NCBI GenBank assembly: GCA_947053595.1 | Contig: CAMRSX010000001.1 | Coordinates: forward strand, 86,356 to 150,355 | Source: an uncultured Clostridia bacterium | GTDB taxonomy: Bacteria > Bacillota > Clostridia > Christensenellales > UBA1242 | DNA: 64,000 nucleotides | Direction of reading: 5' to 3' | Shown: positions 29,637 through 38,700 of the stretch, in pieces | Layout of the letters: each line of letters begins with the position of its first letter | Numbering within the stretch: the stretch's first letter is position 1 | Notes under the pieces: generated by a model | Told to the model about the DNA's origin: nothing | What the model saw: the letters and a program-made list of their open reading frames with translations, nothing else | Databases searched by the model: none | Program-made: the position numbers and the translations under genes

Positions 29637-30560
29637 ATGATGTTTTTATATTCGTTAAAACTTTTTGGTTCAAATTGGGTTAAGGCTCTCAAATTTTTTC
29701 TTTTCTATGTGGTTGTTTGGGGGCTTTGTCTTGCACTGCTGGTGCCAGTGTTTTTTGCTTTTAAAGACATCGTTCTTGCATTTTTTAAAGATGCGCAACT
29801 GCTGAGTGCTTTCTCTGGGGTTTTTCAAGGGACTGTTGGCGTGGGGCTTTATAGCTTGATTGCAACGGCTTATGACATCATTGTTGCCGTTTTTGCTGCA
29901 GATGTTGGCTTGGCAGTTTATGGGTTGATTGTGTTGTTTTTCATTCTGCCATTTTTGCTTAATGTGGGAAAATATACTTTTTGTGAAATGCTTTATTCTT
30001 ACATGACAAGCAAAACACAAATTGGCTTCTTCAGCGCGCTGATGAGGGGGTTGAAAAAATCGCTGCTGTTTGCACTTGTGAAAACCATCTACAACTTGCT
30101 GTTGCTTGGGCTTGTTGTGGGCGCGGTGTATGCGCTGGGCTTGGTGAGCGATGCAACCTTTGTGAAATATCTGCTGCCACTTGTGCTGTTTGTGCTTTTG
30201 GTGTTGGTTTACACTTTCAATCAGTTGACTGTGCTTGGCTGGATTCCTGCAATCATTGTGTTTGACTGCAACGTGTTTTCGGGCTATCGCAGAGGAATTA
30301 AAGCGGTTGGCCGTCATTTTTGGACAACTCTTGGTACAACAACCATATATTTTCTTTTGTTCTGGTTGCTTGTGACGGTGTTTGGAATTTACACCATGGC
30401 TGTGCTTGTTCCACTTATGTCTGTGCTTTTGTGCGTTTATAACATGGTGGTTTTCTTCTTCAGTCAGGGCATGAGGTTCTATTTCAACAGTGCGCACATC
30501 CTCACTCCAAAAAAGTTGGAAGAGGTTGACAACATCAACAAAACAGCTTACATTTTGTAA
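29637..30560 (+). CDS. Polytopic membrane protein of unknown function
   Basis: About 6 or more hydrophobic segments. The track start 29616 (TTG) lies inside the putative promoter. Confidence 0.55.
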   Translation: MMFLYSLKLFGSNWVKALKFFLFYVVVWGLCLALLVPVFFAFKDIVLAFFKDAQLLSAFSGVFQGTVGVGLYSLIATAYDIIVAVFAADVGLAVYGLIVLFFILPFLLNVGKYTFCEMLYSYMTSKTQIGFFSALMRGLKKSLLFALVKTIYNLLLLGLVVGAVYALGLVSDATFVKYLLPLVLFVLLVLVYTFNQLTVLGWIPAIIVFDCNVFSGYRRGIKAVGRHFWTTLGTTTIYFLLFWLLVTVFGIYTMAVLVPLMSVLLCVYNMVVFFFSQGMRFYFNSAHILTPKKLEEVDNINKTAYIL

Positions 30561-30656
30561 GCCTTAAACACTTTTGTGTCTTAAAAAACTTTGCTTATTT
30601 AGGTGAAGGTTTTTTATGCCGTTTGGCATTTTTACATATTTTTTAAAGGAGATAAA

Positions 30657-32312
30657 ATGAATAATAAACTTAAAATCACCTTCTTGGGCGGGGTGGGTGA
30701 AATTGGAAAAAACATGACCGCTTTTGAATATAACAACGAGATTATTGTTGTGGATGCAGGGCTCACTTTTCCTGGCGACGATTTGCCGGGCGTGGACGTT
30801 GTCATTCCGGACATCACCTATTTGGTGAACAACAAAGACAAAATTAAGGCAATCATCTTGACGCATGGTCATGAAGACCACATTGGTGCGCTGCCTTTTG
30901 TTTTGGCGCAAATTAAGGCGCCAATCTATGCCACAAAACTGACGCTGGCACTGATTGAAAACAAGATGAAAGAACATCCAAAGGTGAACTATAAAGCCGT
31001 GACTGTTAAGCCAAAAAATGTGCTTAAGATTGGTGCTTTTTCTGTGGAATTCATCAAGGTTTCGCACTCCATTGCGGGCAGCCTTGCCCTTTGCATTTCA
31101 ACCCCTGCAGGCAATGTTGTGCATACGGGTGACTTTAAGATTGATTTTGAGCCAATTGACGGTGTGATGACCGACCTTCAGCGCTTTGGCGAGCTTGGCA
31201 AAAAGGGTGTCAACCTTCTGATGTGCGAAAGCACCAATGTTTGCCGCAAGGGATATTCCATGAGCGAAAGAAGTGTGGGACGCGCGCTTGACGAAATTTT
31301 TAAAAGTCATCCAGACAATCGTATTTTTGTGGCAACTTTTGCTTCCAACATCCACAGACTTCAACAGATTTTGAATTTGGCAGAAAAGTATGGCAGAAAG
31401 GTGGCGTTCACAGGCAGAAGTATGATTAACATCACCGATGTTGGCATGAAGATTGGTGAAATCACTTTCAATCGCGCAAACTTGATTGACATTGACAAAA
31501 TTGACAAATATGCAGACAAAGAACTGGTTATTGTCACAACAGGCAGCCAAGGAGAGCCACTTTCGGCACTCACAAGAATGGCAACTGGCGATTTTAAACA
31601 AATCAAAATTGGCACAAACGACCTTATTGTGTTTTCCTCTTCGCCAATTCCGGGCAACGAAAAGAGTGTTTATAATGTCATCAATTCGCTGTTCCAAAAG
31701 GGCGCTGATGTCATTTATGACGAGTTATCTGAAGTGCACGCTTCTGGGCACGCTTGCCAAGAGGAAATCAAAACCATTCATTCACTTGTTAAGCCTAAGT
31801 TTTTCATCCCAATTCACGGGGAATATCGTCACCTCAAGATGCACAAGCAACTGGCAATGACGCTTGGAATGGACGAGCGAAATGTCATTTTGCCAACACT
31901 GGGCGCGCAGATTGAACTGACTCCAAACAGCATCAAAAAGGTGGGCTTCACCATTGCGGGACAGAGGCTGATTGACGGCTATGGAATTGGAGATATGGAC
32001 AGCAATGTGCTGAGAGAAAGAAAACAACTTTCAGAAGACGGCGTTTGCGTGGTTGTGATGACCATAAACAATGTTTCTGGTGATGTTGTGGGCGACCCTT
32101 TTGTCATCACAAGAGGCGTGGTATATCAAGATGAGGCAGAGTCTTTTGTTCAAGACACACGCAACATGATTGTGGCATCGCTTAAAGAGCAAGATTTGCG
32201 TGGCTGTGACCCATCGGTGCTTAGAAACACCATTAAAAGAAGTCTGTCAAACTTCATTTTCAAGCGCACAAAGCGCAGACCTATGATTTTGACAATTGTG
32301 CATTTGGATTAG
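30657..32312 (+). CDS. rnj: Ribonuclease J
   Basis: MNNKLKITFLGGVGEIGKN follows AAAGGAG. It has the THGHEDHIG metallo-beta-lactamase motif and a beta-CASP region. Confidence 0.92.
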   Translation: MNNKLKITFLGGVGEIGKNMTAFEYNNEIIVVDAGLTFPGDDLPGVDVVIPDITYLVNNKDKIKAIILTHGHEDHIGALPFVLAQIKAPIYATKLTLALIENKMKEHPKVNYKAVTVKPKNVLKIGAFSVEFIKVSHSIAGSLALCISTPAGNVVHTGDFKIDFEPIDGVMTDLQRFGELGKKGVNLLMCESTNVCRKGYSMSERSVGRALDEIFKSHPDNRIFVATFASNIHRLQQILNLAEKYGRKVAFTGRSMINITDVGMKIGEITFNRANLIDIDKIDKYADKELVIVTTGSQGEPLSALTRMATGDFKQIKIGTNDLIVFSSSPIPGNEKSVYNVINSLFQKGADVIYDELSEVHASGHACQEEIKTIHSLVKPKFFIPIHGEYRHLKMHKQLAMTLGMDERNVILPTLGAQIELTPNSIKKVGFTIAGQRLIDGYGIGDMDSNVLRERKQLSEDGVCVVVMTINNVSGDVVGDPFVITRGVVYQDEAESFVQDTRNMIVASLKEQDLRGCDPSVLRNTIKRSLSNFIFKRTKRRPMILTIVHLD

Positions 32313-32731
32313 GGGCGAAAACGGGGCGAAAACTGCGCTGGGGTCTCATTTTCAAGCTGCGCTTGAAAAGTATCGCCTTAACGCTTGTTTTCGCCCACTT
32401 GGGACAGACACCAAAGTTTTTAAACGGCAGCACGCCTTGCAAAAAAGCAAGGCTAATGCCTAAAACTTTGGTTTCTCAACCCAGTCCTCTTCCCTGAAGG
32501 TGATTTTCATTTTTGCTTGCACGGGCAAAGCCCTTTGCAATGCAAAATTGAAAATTGGTTTTGGGAGATGAAAGCGAGTCTTTGCGGCATGCCAGCGCGT
32601 CATTCTGACCGAAGTGGAAGAATCTCGATGGCGGTGATTAGCCACGAAGGAGGGCGCTGCGAGTTGGGAAAGCGCTGTCATATTGAGCCGTGAGTGTGGT
32701 GTGCGTTGAAGTTTAAAGCAAAAGGTTTGTT
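32313..32731. repeat. GC-enriched, hairpin-dense non-coding spacer with nested inverted repeats and dispersed-repeat modules
   Basis: GGGGCGAAAAC occurs twice in tandem (32312-32333) and pairs with GTTTTCGCCC (32387-32396), enclosing TTTTCAAGC-tgc-GCTTGAAAA. CCAAAGTTTT (32411-20) pairs with AAAACTTTGG (32462-71), enclosing GCCTTGC-a6-GCAAGGC. Modules at 32599-32635 and 32674-32700 recur at 51289-51369. Confidence 0.6.
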
Positions 32732-33310
32732 ATGAAAGAAAAAGAGCAGTTTGTGGGGTTTGACCGATTTGAATATAAGCCAATCATCAGGCAAAGAAGC
32801 GAGTTGCTGCTGAAAGAGCTTGTGCAAACTCATCAGCCAAAGCGCATTTTGGAGATTGGCACTTTTATTGGCTATTCTGCCGCATGCATGCTGGAGGCCT
32901 TTGAAGGGGCGCACATCACAACTTTGGAAAAAGATGAAAAAAACTTTTTGGATGCAAAAGAGAACTTGAAGGTTTATGGCAAAAGAGCCAACCTTGTGCA
33001 TTGCGACGCATTTGACTTTTTGAGGGAAAATGTGGACAAAACTTTTGACTTGGTGTTTTTGGACGGCCCAAAAGGGCAATATATGAAATATCTTCCTTTT
33101 TTGAAACAGATGCTGCCAGTTGGCGGAGTGTTGATTTGTGATGATATTTTGCTGCATGGGCTTGTGAAAGGAGAGGAAAAGGTTGCACACAAACATCGCT
33201 CTATGGTGAACAACTTGCGAAAATTTTTGGATGACCTTGCGGCAGACGCCAATTTTGAAACCACTTTTTATGATTTTGAAGACGGCATCAGCATCAGCAT
33301 CAAGAGATGA
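32732..33310 (+). CDS. Class I SAM-dependent O-methyltransferase (family 3, YrrM-like)
   Basis: Motifs ILEIGTFIGYSA and FDLVFLDGPKGQY. Confidence 0.8.
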   Translation: MKEKEQFVGFDRFEYKPIIRQRSELLLKELVQTHQPKRILEIGTFIGYSAACMLEAFEGAHITTLEKDEKNFLDAKENLKVYGKRANLVHCDAFDFLRENVDKTFDLVFLDGPKGQYMKYLPFLKQMLPVGGVLICDDILLHGLVKGEEKVAHKHRSMVNNLRKFLDDLAADANFETTFYDFEDGISISIKR

Positions 33311-33312
33311 AA

Positions 33313-33339
33313 CGGCACACAAAGGTGCTGTTTTTTTTG
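33313..33339 (+). terminator. Weak hairpin followed by a T8 run
   Basis: CGGCAC-acaaag-GTGCTG followed by TTTTTTTT. Confidence 0.45.
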
Positions 33340-33341
33340 TG

Positions 33342-33370
33342 TTGACTATTTGATGGCTTTGTGATATCAT
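33342..33370 (+). promoter_or_regulatory. Promoter candidate (TTGACT, 17 nt spacer, TGaTATCAT)
   Basis: Read directly. About 45 nt downstream there is an A/T-flanked hairpin (33408-33439). Confidence 0.4.
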
Positions 33371-33457
33371 GTTTTTAATTGAGGTGGCAATAAAGCGCTG
33401 CAGGAATAAAAATAGGCTTTTTTTTGAGGAGCCTTTTTTGTTTGTTTGAAGATTTAT

Positions 33458-33486
33458 TTGTATTTATTGTCGTAATTTGTTAAAAT
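33458..33486 (+). promoter_or_regulatory. Promoter candidate (TTGTAT, 17 nt spacer, TGtTAAAAT) with the ATG 7 nt downstream
   Basis: The -10 box ends at 33486, the ATG is at 33493, and there is no SD sequence. Confidence 0.45.
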
Positions 33487-33492
33487 ATATGC

Positions 33493-34050
33493 ATGGGATT
33501 TGAAATTGAAATCATCAAATTTTTGCAGTCGGGCAGATGCCCTTTCTTGGATGTTTCCTTTCAGGTTGTTTCTGCTGTTGGCAGTGTGCTTGGGGTGGCA
33601 TTTTTGATTTTGCTGCTTGTTAGATTTGCGCCAAGGCTGTGCTTTTGGTATTTGTTTTCCTATGGGTTTGTGCTGTTGGTTGTGAGAGTGATGAAAGGTT
33701 TGGTGCAAAGAGTGAGGCCATTTAATGCCTCTGATGTCATTTTAAACATTGGCGACGCTGTGCAAGATTTCAGTTTTCCAAGCGGTCATGCGGCTTGTGC
33801 CACTGCCATTGCCATCTTTTTGGGGCTTTTGCTTTTTAAGTTTTTAAAAAGCAAGCGCGCAAGGGTGGGCGTGGTGATTTGCCTTGGCGTTTATGTGGCA
33901 CTGGTGTGCTTGTCACGAATGTATTTGGGAAAGCATTATTTGACTGACGTGCTTGCCGGTGTGGCAATTTCTGCCACTTTGTGTGTTGTGGGAATTTTGT
34001 TTATGAAATTTTGCCAAAAACTGAAGGAGAAAAGAAAAAATGAAAGCTAA
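33493..34050 (+). CDS. PAP2-family membrane phosphatase
   Basis: Motifs KGLVQRVRP, SFPSGHA and SRMYLGKHYLTDVLAG. Confidence 0.85.
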   Translation: MGFEIEIIKFLQSGRCPFLDVSFQVVSAVGSVLGVAFLILLLVRFAPRLCFWYLFSYGFVLLVVRVMKGLVQRVRPFNASDVILNIGDAVQDFSFPSGHAACATAIAIFLGLLLFKFLKSKRARVGVVICLGVYVALVCLSRMYLGKHYLTDVLAGVAISATLCVVGILFMKFCQKLKEKRKNES

Positions 34051-34477
34051 GATGGAAATTTTCAGCCTTGCGCAAACAGAGGCGCTGGCAAAAGCTTTTT
34101 CCGAGATTTTGAAGCCGCCAATGATTGTGCTTTTGGTGGGCGACCTTGGAAGTGGAAAAACCACTTTTGTGAAGAGTGTGGCGAAGGCTTTGGGCTGCGA
34201 CGAGCTTGTGACAAGCCCAACATTTACGCTGCACAACACCTATGAAGGCAAGTTTACAATCCATCATTTTGATATGTATCGGCTGTCTTCTGCCGAAGAG
34301 GCAAGGGCTGCTGGCTTTGCAGAATTTTTTGACAAGCGCACGCTGGATGGCGTTGTGTTTGTGGAATGGCCTGAAAATGTGGAAGGATTGTTTGGAAAAG
34401 TGGACTTTGTTGTGGAGATTTCAAAAATTTCGGACAGAAGAAGAGAGTTTGTGATTAGGGAGGCAAAGGGGCTGTGA
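34040..34477 (+). CDS. tsaE: tRNA t6A37 biosynthesis ATPase TsaE
   Basis: Motifs GDLGSGKTTFVK, SPTFTL and HFDMYRL. Confidence 0.88.
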   Translation: MKAKMEIFSLAQTEALAKAFSEILKPPMIVLLVGDLGSGKTTFVKSVAKALGCDELVTSPTFTLHNTYEGKFTIHHFDMYRLSSAEEARAAGFAEFFDKRTLDGVVFVEWPENVEGLFGKVDFVVEISKISDRRREFVIREAKGL

Positions 34478-35124
34478 TTTTGGCAATTAACACCGCGTTT
34501 ATGACGGCAAATTTGGCGCTTTGTTTGCCAGACGGCAAAGTGCTGAAAAGAGAGCTTGACGCAAACTGCAAGCACTCAGAAAATGTGCTGAGGGTTGTGG
34601 ACGAGTTGTGTCAGCAGGCAAACATTGACATTTTGCAAGTGGAAACTGTTGCGGTTGTCACTGGGCCGGGGTCTTTTACGGGGCTTAGGATTGGCACGGC
34701 AATTGCAAAAGCGCTGGGCTGCGCAAATGAAAAGATGAAATTTTTGGCATTGTCATCTTTGGAACTTATGGCATATAATGTTGTCAAGAAAGGCAGTTGC
34801 AAAGAAAAATTTGTTTGTGTGCTTAATGCACTTTCGGATTTGTTTTTTGTTGCATATTTTGATGAAAATGGAATAAAATTGAATGAAGAGAAGATGATTG
34901 ACCTAAGCGAGTTTGAGAAAATTGCGGAAAAGAAGTTTTCTCTGCAAGGCGATTTGGATGACGCTGGAACAAGCAGTATTTGCGTTGGCAGCGACGATTT
35001 GATTGAGTTTGCCATCAAAAAAGAAAAGGAAGGCGGCTTTTGCAAACTTGAAGACTTGGTGCCAAAATATCTGAGGTTGTCGCAGGCGGAAGATGCGCTG
35101 CTTAAAAAAAATAAAAAAAATTGA
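34474..35124 (+). CDS. tsaB: tRNA t6A37 biosynthesis protein TsaB
   Basis: ILAINTA... and VVTGPGSFTGLRIG. GTGA overlap with tsaE. Confidence 0.85.
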   Translation: MILAINTAFMTANLALCLPDGKVLKRELDANCKHSENVLRVVDELCQQANIDILQVETVAVVTGPGSFTGLRIGTAIAKALGCANEKMKFLALSSLELMAYNVVKKGSCKEKFVCVLNALSDLFFVAYFDENGIKLNEEKMIDLSEFEKIAEKKFSLQGDLDDAGTSSICVGSDDLIEFAIKKEKEGGFCKLEDLVPKYLRLSQAEDALLKKNKKN

Positions 35125-35182
35125 AAAACAGTTGACAACAAACCCCAAATATATGTAGAATACGATAAATAAAGGAGAAAGT

Positions 35183-35695
35183 ATGAAAAAACCTGTTTAT
35201 ATCAGATGCCCAAGATGCGAGCTTAACTATATTGAAAAGAAAGAAAAGCTTTGCAGCGTTTGCAAGGCAGAACTCTCTGCAAAGAAGGATGAGCTTATTG
35301 GCGATTTGGATTTGGAGCTTTGCCCAATTTGCAAAACAAACTACATTCAGCCCGACGAAATTATGTGCGCAACCTGTTTGAAAGAGCATCAGTCAGAAGA
35401 CAGCGACATCAACACAGATTGGGAGGAATATCTCAATCGTGACGAAGAAGAAGTGGTTTATGAAGACGAAGAAACTGGCGAGATGGCTTCGGTTACGGAC
35501 ATTGACGATGAAATCTTAGACGATGACGATTTGGAAACAGGCATTGGCTTTGATGACAAGTTGGACGACGAAGACGGCGACTTGGATGATTTGGACAGCG
35601 AACTGGATGATGAGTATGCAGACGAGCTGGACGATGACGACCTTGACGATGAGGATTTGGATGACGAAGATTTGGACGATGACGACGATTTTTAG
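35183..35695 (+). CDS. Double zinc-ribbon protein with a poly-Asp/Glu tail of about 100 aa
   Basis: CPRC...CSVC and CPIC...CATC are followed by DDDLETGIGFDDKLDDEDGDLDDLDSELDDEYADELDDDDLDDEDLDDEDLDDDDDF. Confidence 0.7.
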   Translation: MKKPVYIRCPRCELNYIEKKEKLCSVCKAELSAKKDELIGDLDLELCPICKTNYIQPDEIMCATCLKEHQSEDSDINTDWEEYLNRDEEEVVYEDEETGEMASVTDIDDEILDDDDLETGIGFDDKLDDEDGDLDDLDSELDDEYADELDDDDLDDEDLDDEDLDDDDDF

Positions 35696-35747
35696 TTTTT
35701 AAAGAGGGGCAGATGCTCTTCTTTTTTTAAGCAGCCAGCCTTATGGC

Positions 35748-38700
35748 TTATTTCTTTTTGCCTTTAGAGCTGGTTTTTGGATTTTTTTCCTTTGCATTGG
35801 AAGATGCTTCTTTTTGCGCTGAAGCATTTTTTGCACTTTTGCTTTCCGCTTTGTTAATTTTTTTGGAGGCTTTTTCCAACTCTCTTTGTTTTGCTTCTTC
35901 TTGAACATAGAATTTTCTTTCAAGGTTAAGCAAGAATTCAGGGGAGTGCATGTCATCAATTTGTTTGTTGAGAGAATCAATCTTCTCAGCGATGACAGTG
36001 CGTTTTTGTGCAAAGCGTTTGAATTCTCTGTCGGTGTCTTTTGAAACTTTGCCTTGGTCTTTTTCACGCAGTGCAACAACTTTTTGCTTGTGCTCAGCTT
36101 CGAGGCCGTCCAATTCTTTCTGGAATTTGTCGATTGTCTTCTTGATTTGTGCAACCTGAGCATCTCTTTCTTTTTCTGCCTTGCGCTTGATTGTCTGGAT
36201 GTGCAGGCTGTCTTTGCGGTCATAGCTTTCTTTCTTCTTGACTTCAATTTTCTTGATTTTGATTTTTCTCAAGAAGTAGCCAACAACTGCAATCACAATT
36301 GCAAGCCCAAAGATGATGGTTGGAATCATCAACCAATCAAAATTGGTTTTTGGTGTGTCAGTGTCTGTTTCCTCGTTATCGGTGTCGGTGTCGGAATCTT
36401 CACCGCCTTGCGAGTTTGAAACAAAAATTTTGTCTTGATTGACATCATATTTTTTGTCTTCAACAGCCGCTTTTGCTGCGTTGTATTCGTCCTCAGAGCT
36501 TTCAGCAAACGCAAAATCATAAATTGCCATTGCTCCGGCGGTTTCTTCGCTGTCGCAAACCAAAGTCATGCTGAGTTTTGCAGCTTTGGCCTCGGTTGCC
36601 TTGAAGTGCAGGGTGTAAGTGGAATATTCATCAGGGGACAAAAGCTGAGTTGCAAGCTCGAAGTCGCTCAGCCCAACAGATGCGCCATAGGCATAGTCTT
36701 TCTTTGGGTCTAAGTTTTCGGCTGCAAAGTGAGTTTTCAGATTGAAGGAAAGGGTGTAATATTTTTCAGCTTCAAGGTCCAATGTGAAGTTGGATTGCAA
36801 GTTGTAAGAGCCTTGGCCTTGGCTTTGAATGTAGAACACATTTTTGCTTTCTTCATCTTCAGCCAAATCAATTTTGAAGTGGCTGTTTTGCCCAAACTTA
36901 TCACTTTTCACAATGCCGCCACTCATTTTGCTGGCATCTCCGCTTGCCACAGAACCTTTGTAAGCAGGGGTGATGGACGCTGTTTCATCTGTGGAAGAGA
37001 TGTCGTTGGATGGCAGGTTGAGATAGAAATTTGTCATGTCCACAATCATTCCGGTGTCTGGTGTTTCTTCCACCGTTTCAAGTGTGAAGTTGTCAAGGAA
37101 GGCAAAACTGTGGTCGCCAGCTTTGATTGTGTCAAATTCAATTTCCAAATAAACTTCTGTTGCGCCGGAGAAGGACTTGAGATATATCTGTGCGTCTTTC
37201 CATTGGTTGTTGGAAAACAGTGCGTCTGAAGAGAACAGTTTGAAGCCATCTTTTCCATACACCGAAACTTTCAGATTGCTTTGGCTGGCAAGAGCATATG
37301 TTTTGAAGTTGAAGCCAAGCTTATAGTTGGTGTTTGCGCTGAGCGAGATGTTGCCAGATTTCAATTTTTGAGTGGTTTTTGTGATGTTGGCAAGCATCAT
37401 TATGTTGTCTGGGTCGGCAGTTGAATATATGTTGCCCGGATTGTCAAAAGAAGCCCAATAATATGGATTTTCTTCGTTGCTTACACCGTCATCTTTGTGC
37501 TGTTTGTAAAGCGATTTATATTCTTCATATTTTCCAGTGTTGATGACGCCGCCAAAGGTGATGCCGTTTCCAGCGGTGAGTTCCCAATCAGCAGGGGCAA
37601 ATGGTGCAGTGCCGTCGCTTGTGAATTGGATGTTGTTGAAGTTGCCATTTGCAATGGTTGGGGTGGTGGTTGATGCTGCCAGTTCAAGTTTGTTGGTTGC
37701 AGAAGCAAAATCTTCACTGGAAGCTTTTTCAACGCTGATGTTGTCAAACAGCACGCAGCCAGTGGATGCTTCGTCACTTTTGCCAAGTGCAAGCGAGATG
37801 TTGAAGGAAGAATCATAAAGCGCTCCGCCCTTCACAAAAAATTCAATGGTGCCATAGTTGTTGCGGAAGGCGTTGTCGGTGTTTGATGTCACGGCAGAGC
37901 TGGTTGCCTCGTCTGCAACAATATATTGGCTTTCAGTGAGGTTATTGTTTGAAAGCACATTTTTGTTTTCTTTAACCATCACATACACATTGCCGTTGCT
38001 GAGTTCGGAAATTTTGTAATTAACCTTGATTTTGTATATCTCATTGGCTTTGATGTCCACATCGTCAGAGGTGATTTTTACATGATTGTTGTTTGTCCAA
38101 AGGGCAAGGGCATATTTGTTTTCGTTGACAACCTTGATTTTTTCTCCGTCCAGTTCGAAGGAAACTTCGGCTGAAAGGTCGGAGCCAACAAAGTTATATC
38201 CCGTTGTGGATTTGAAATATTGTGCATTGCCAAGGTCGAAAACGCGGGCGTTTCCGCTGCACTGCTCTTCCAGCTTCCAATTTTTTGGAGAAACAGCGTT
38301 GCCATTAAAGATGCCTTCTTCAAAATCGAAGTTGTGATTTTCAAAATTGAGGGCAGTGTTTTGTGACAAGTCCACAAGTTGGGTGCAGTTTGTTTTGACA
38401 GTTTCAATGCTGCCGTCTTCGCCAACAAACTCTTGAGAATAACTTGCGCCATAGTGCTGATTGTAAGATTTCCAGAAGGCGTTTTCGCTGTATTGCACAA
38501 CGTGGCAATCGTCATAAAACACAACTCCGCTTACATTGGTGTCCTTGGAGCCCAGCCACAAATCCAAAGTTACAGTTTGGCTTTTTGCGCCAGTTGCCAC
38601 AAAAAACTGGAAGGTTGTCCAATTTTTGGAAGAAACTTGCAAATATTCCGCCTTAACAGGCTTGCCATCTTCGTCCTCCAGCCCGCTGAGATAAATTGAG

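Noticed and set aside
32312-32400. tmRNA or another known RNA, considered because of the GGGGCGAAAACGGGG start
   Set aside because: There is no tRNA-like 3' end (no GGTTCGAntC/CCA-type acceptor arm) and no tag reading frame. Conserved RNase P, SRP or 6S cores are also not visible.
32684-32700. Group II intron domain V, considered because of GAGCCG... (also at 51299-51335)
   Set aside because: The following sequence does not form the 34-nt D5 hairpin. There is no IEP/reverse-transcriptase ORF and no intron boundary motifs.
32460-33370. Minus-strand ORFs of 73 aa and 230 aa across the hairpin-rich spacer and the methyltransferase gene
   Set aside because: The first merely translates the repeat elements. 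The second is antisense to a gene with clear SAM-methyltransferase motifs.
35741-36247. 168-aa alternative-frame Lys-rich ORF at the 3' end of the giant membrane protein gene
   Set aside because: It is on the same strand and overlaps the longer, continuous 1323-aa frame. It arises from the K/E-rich low-complexity region.
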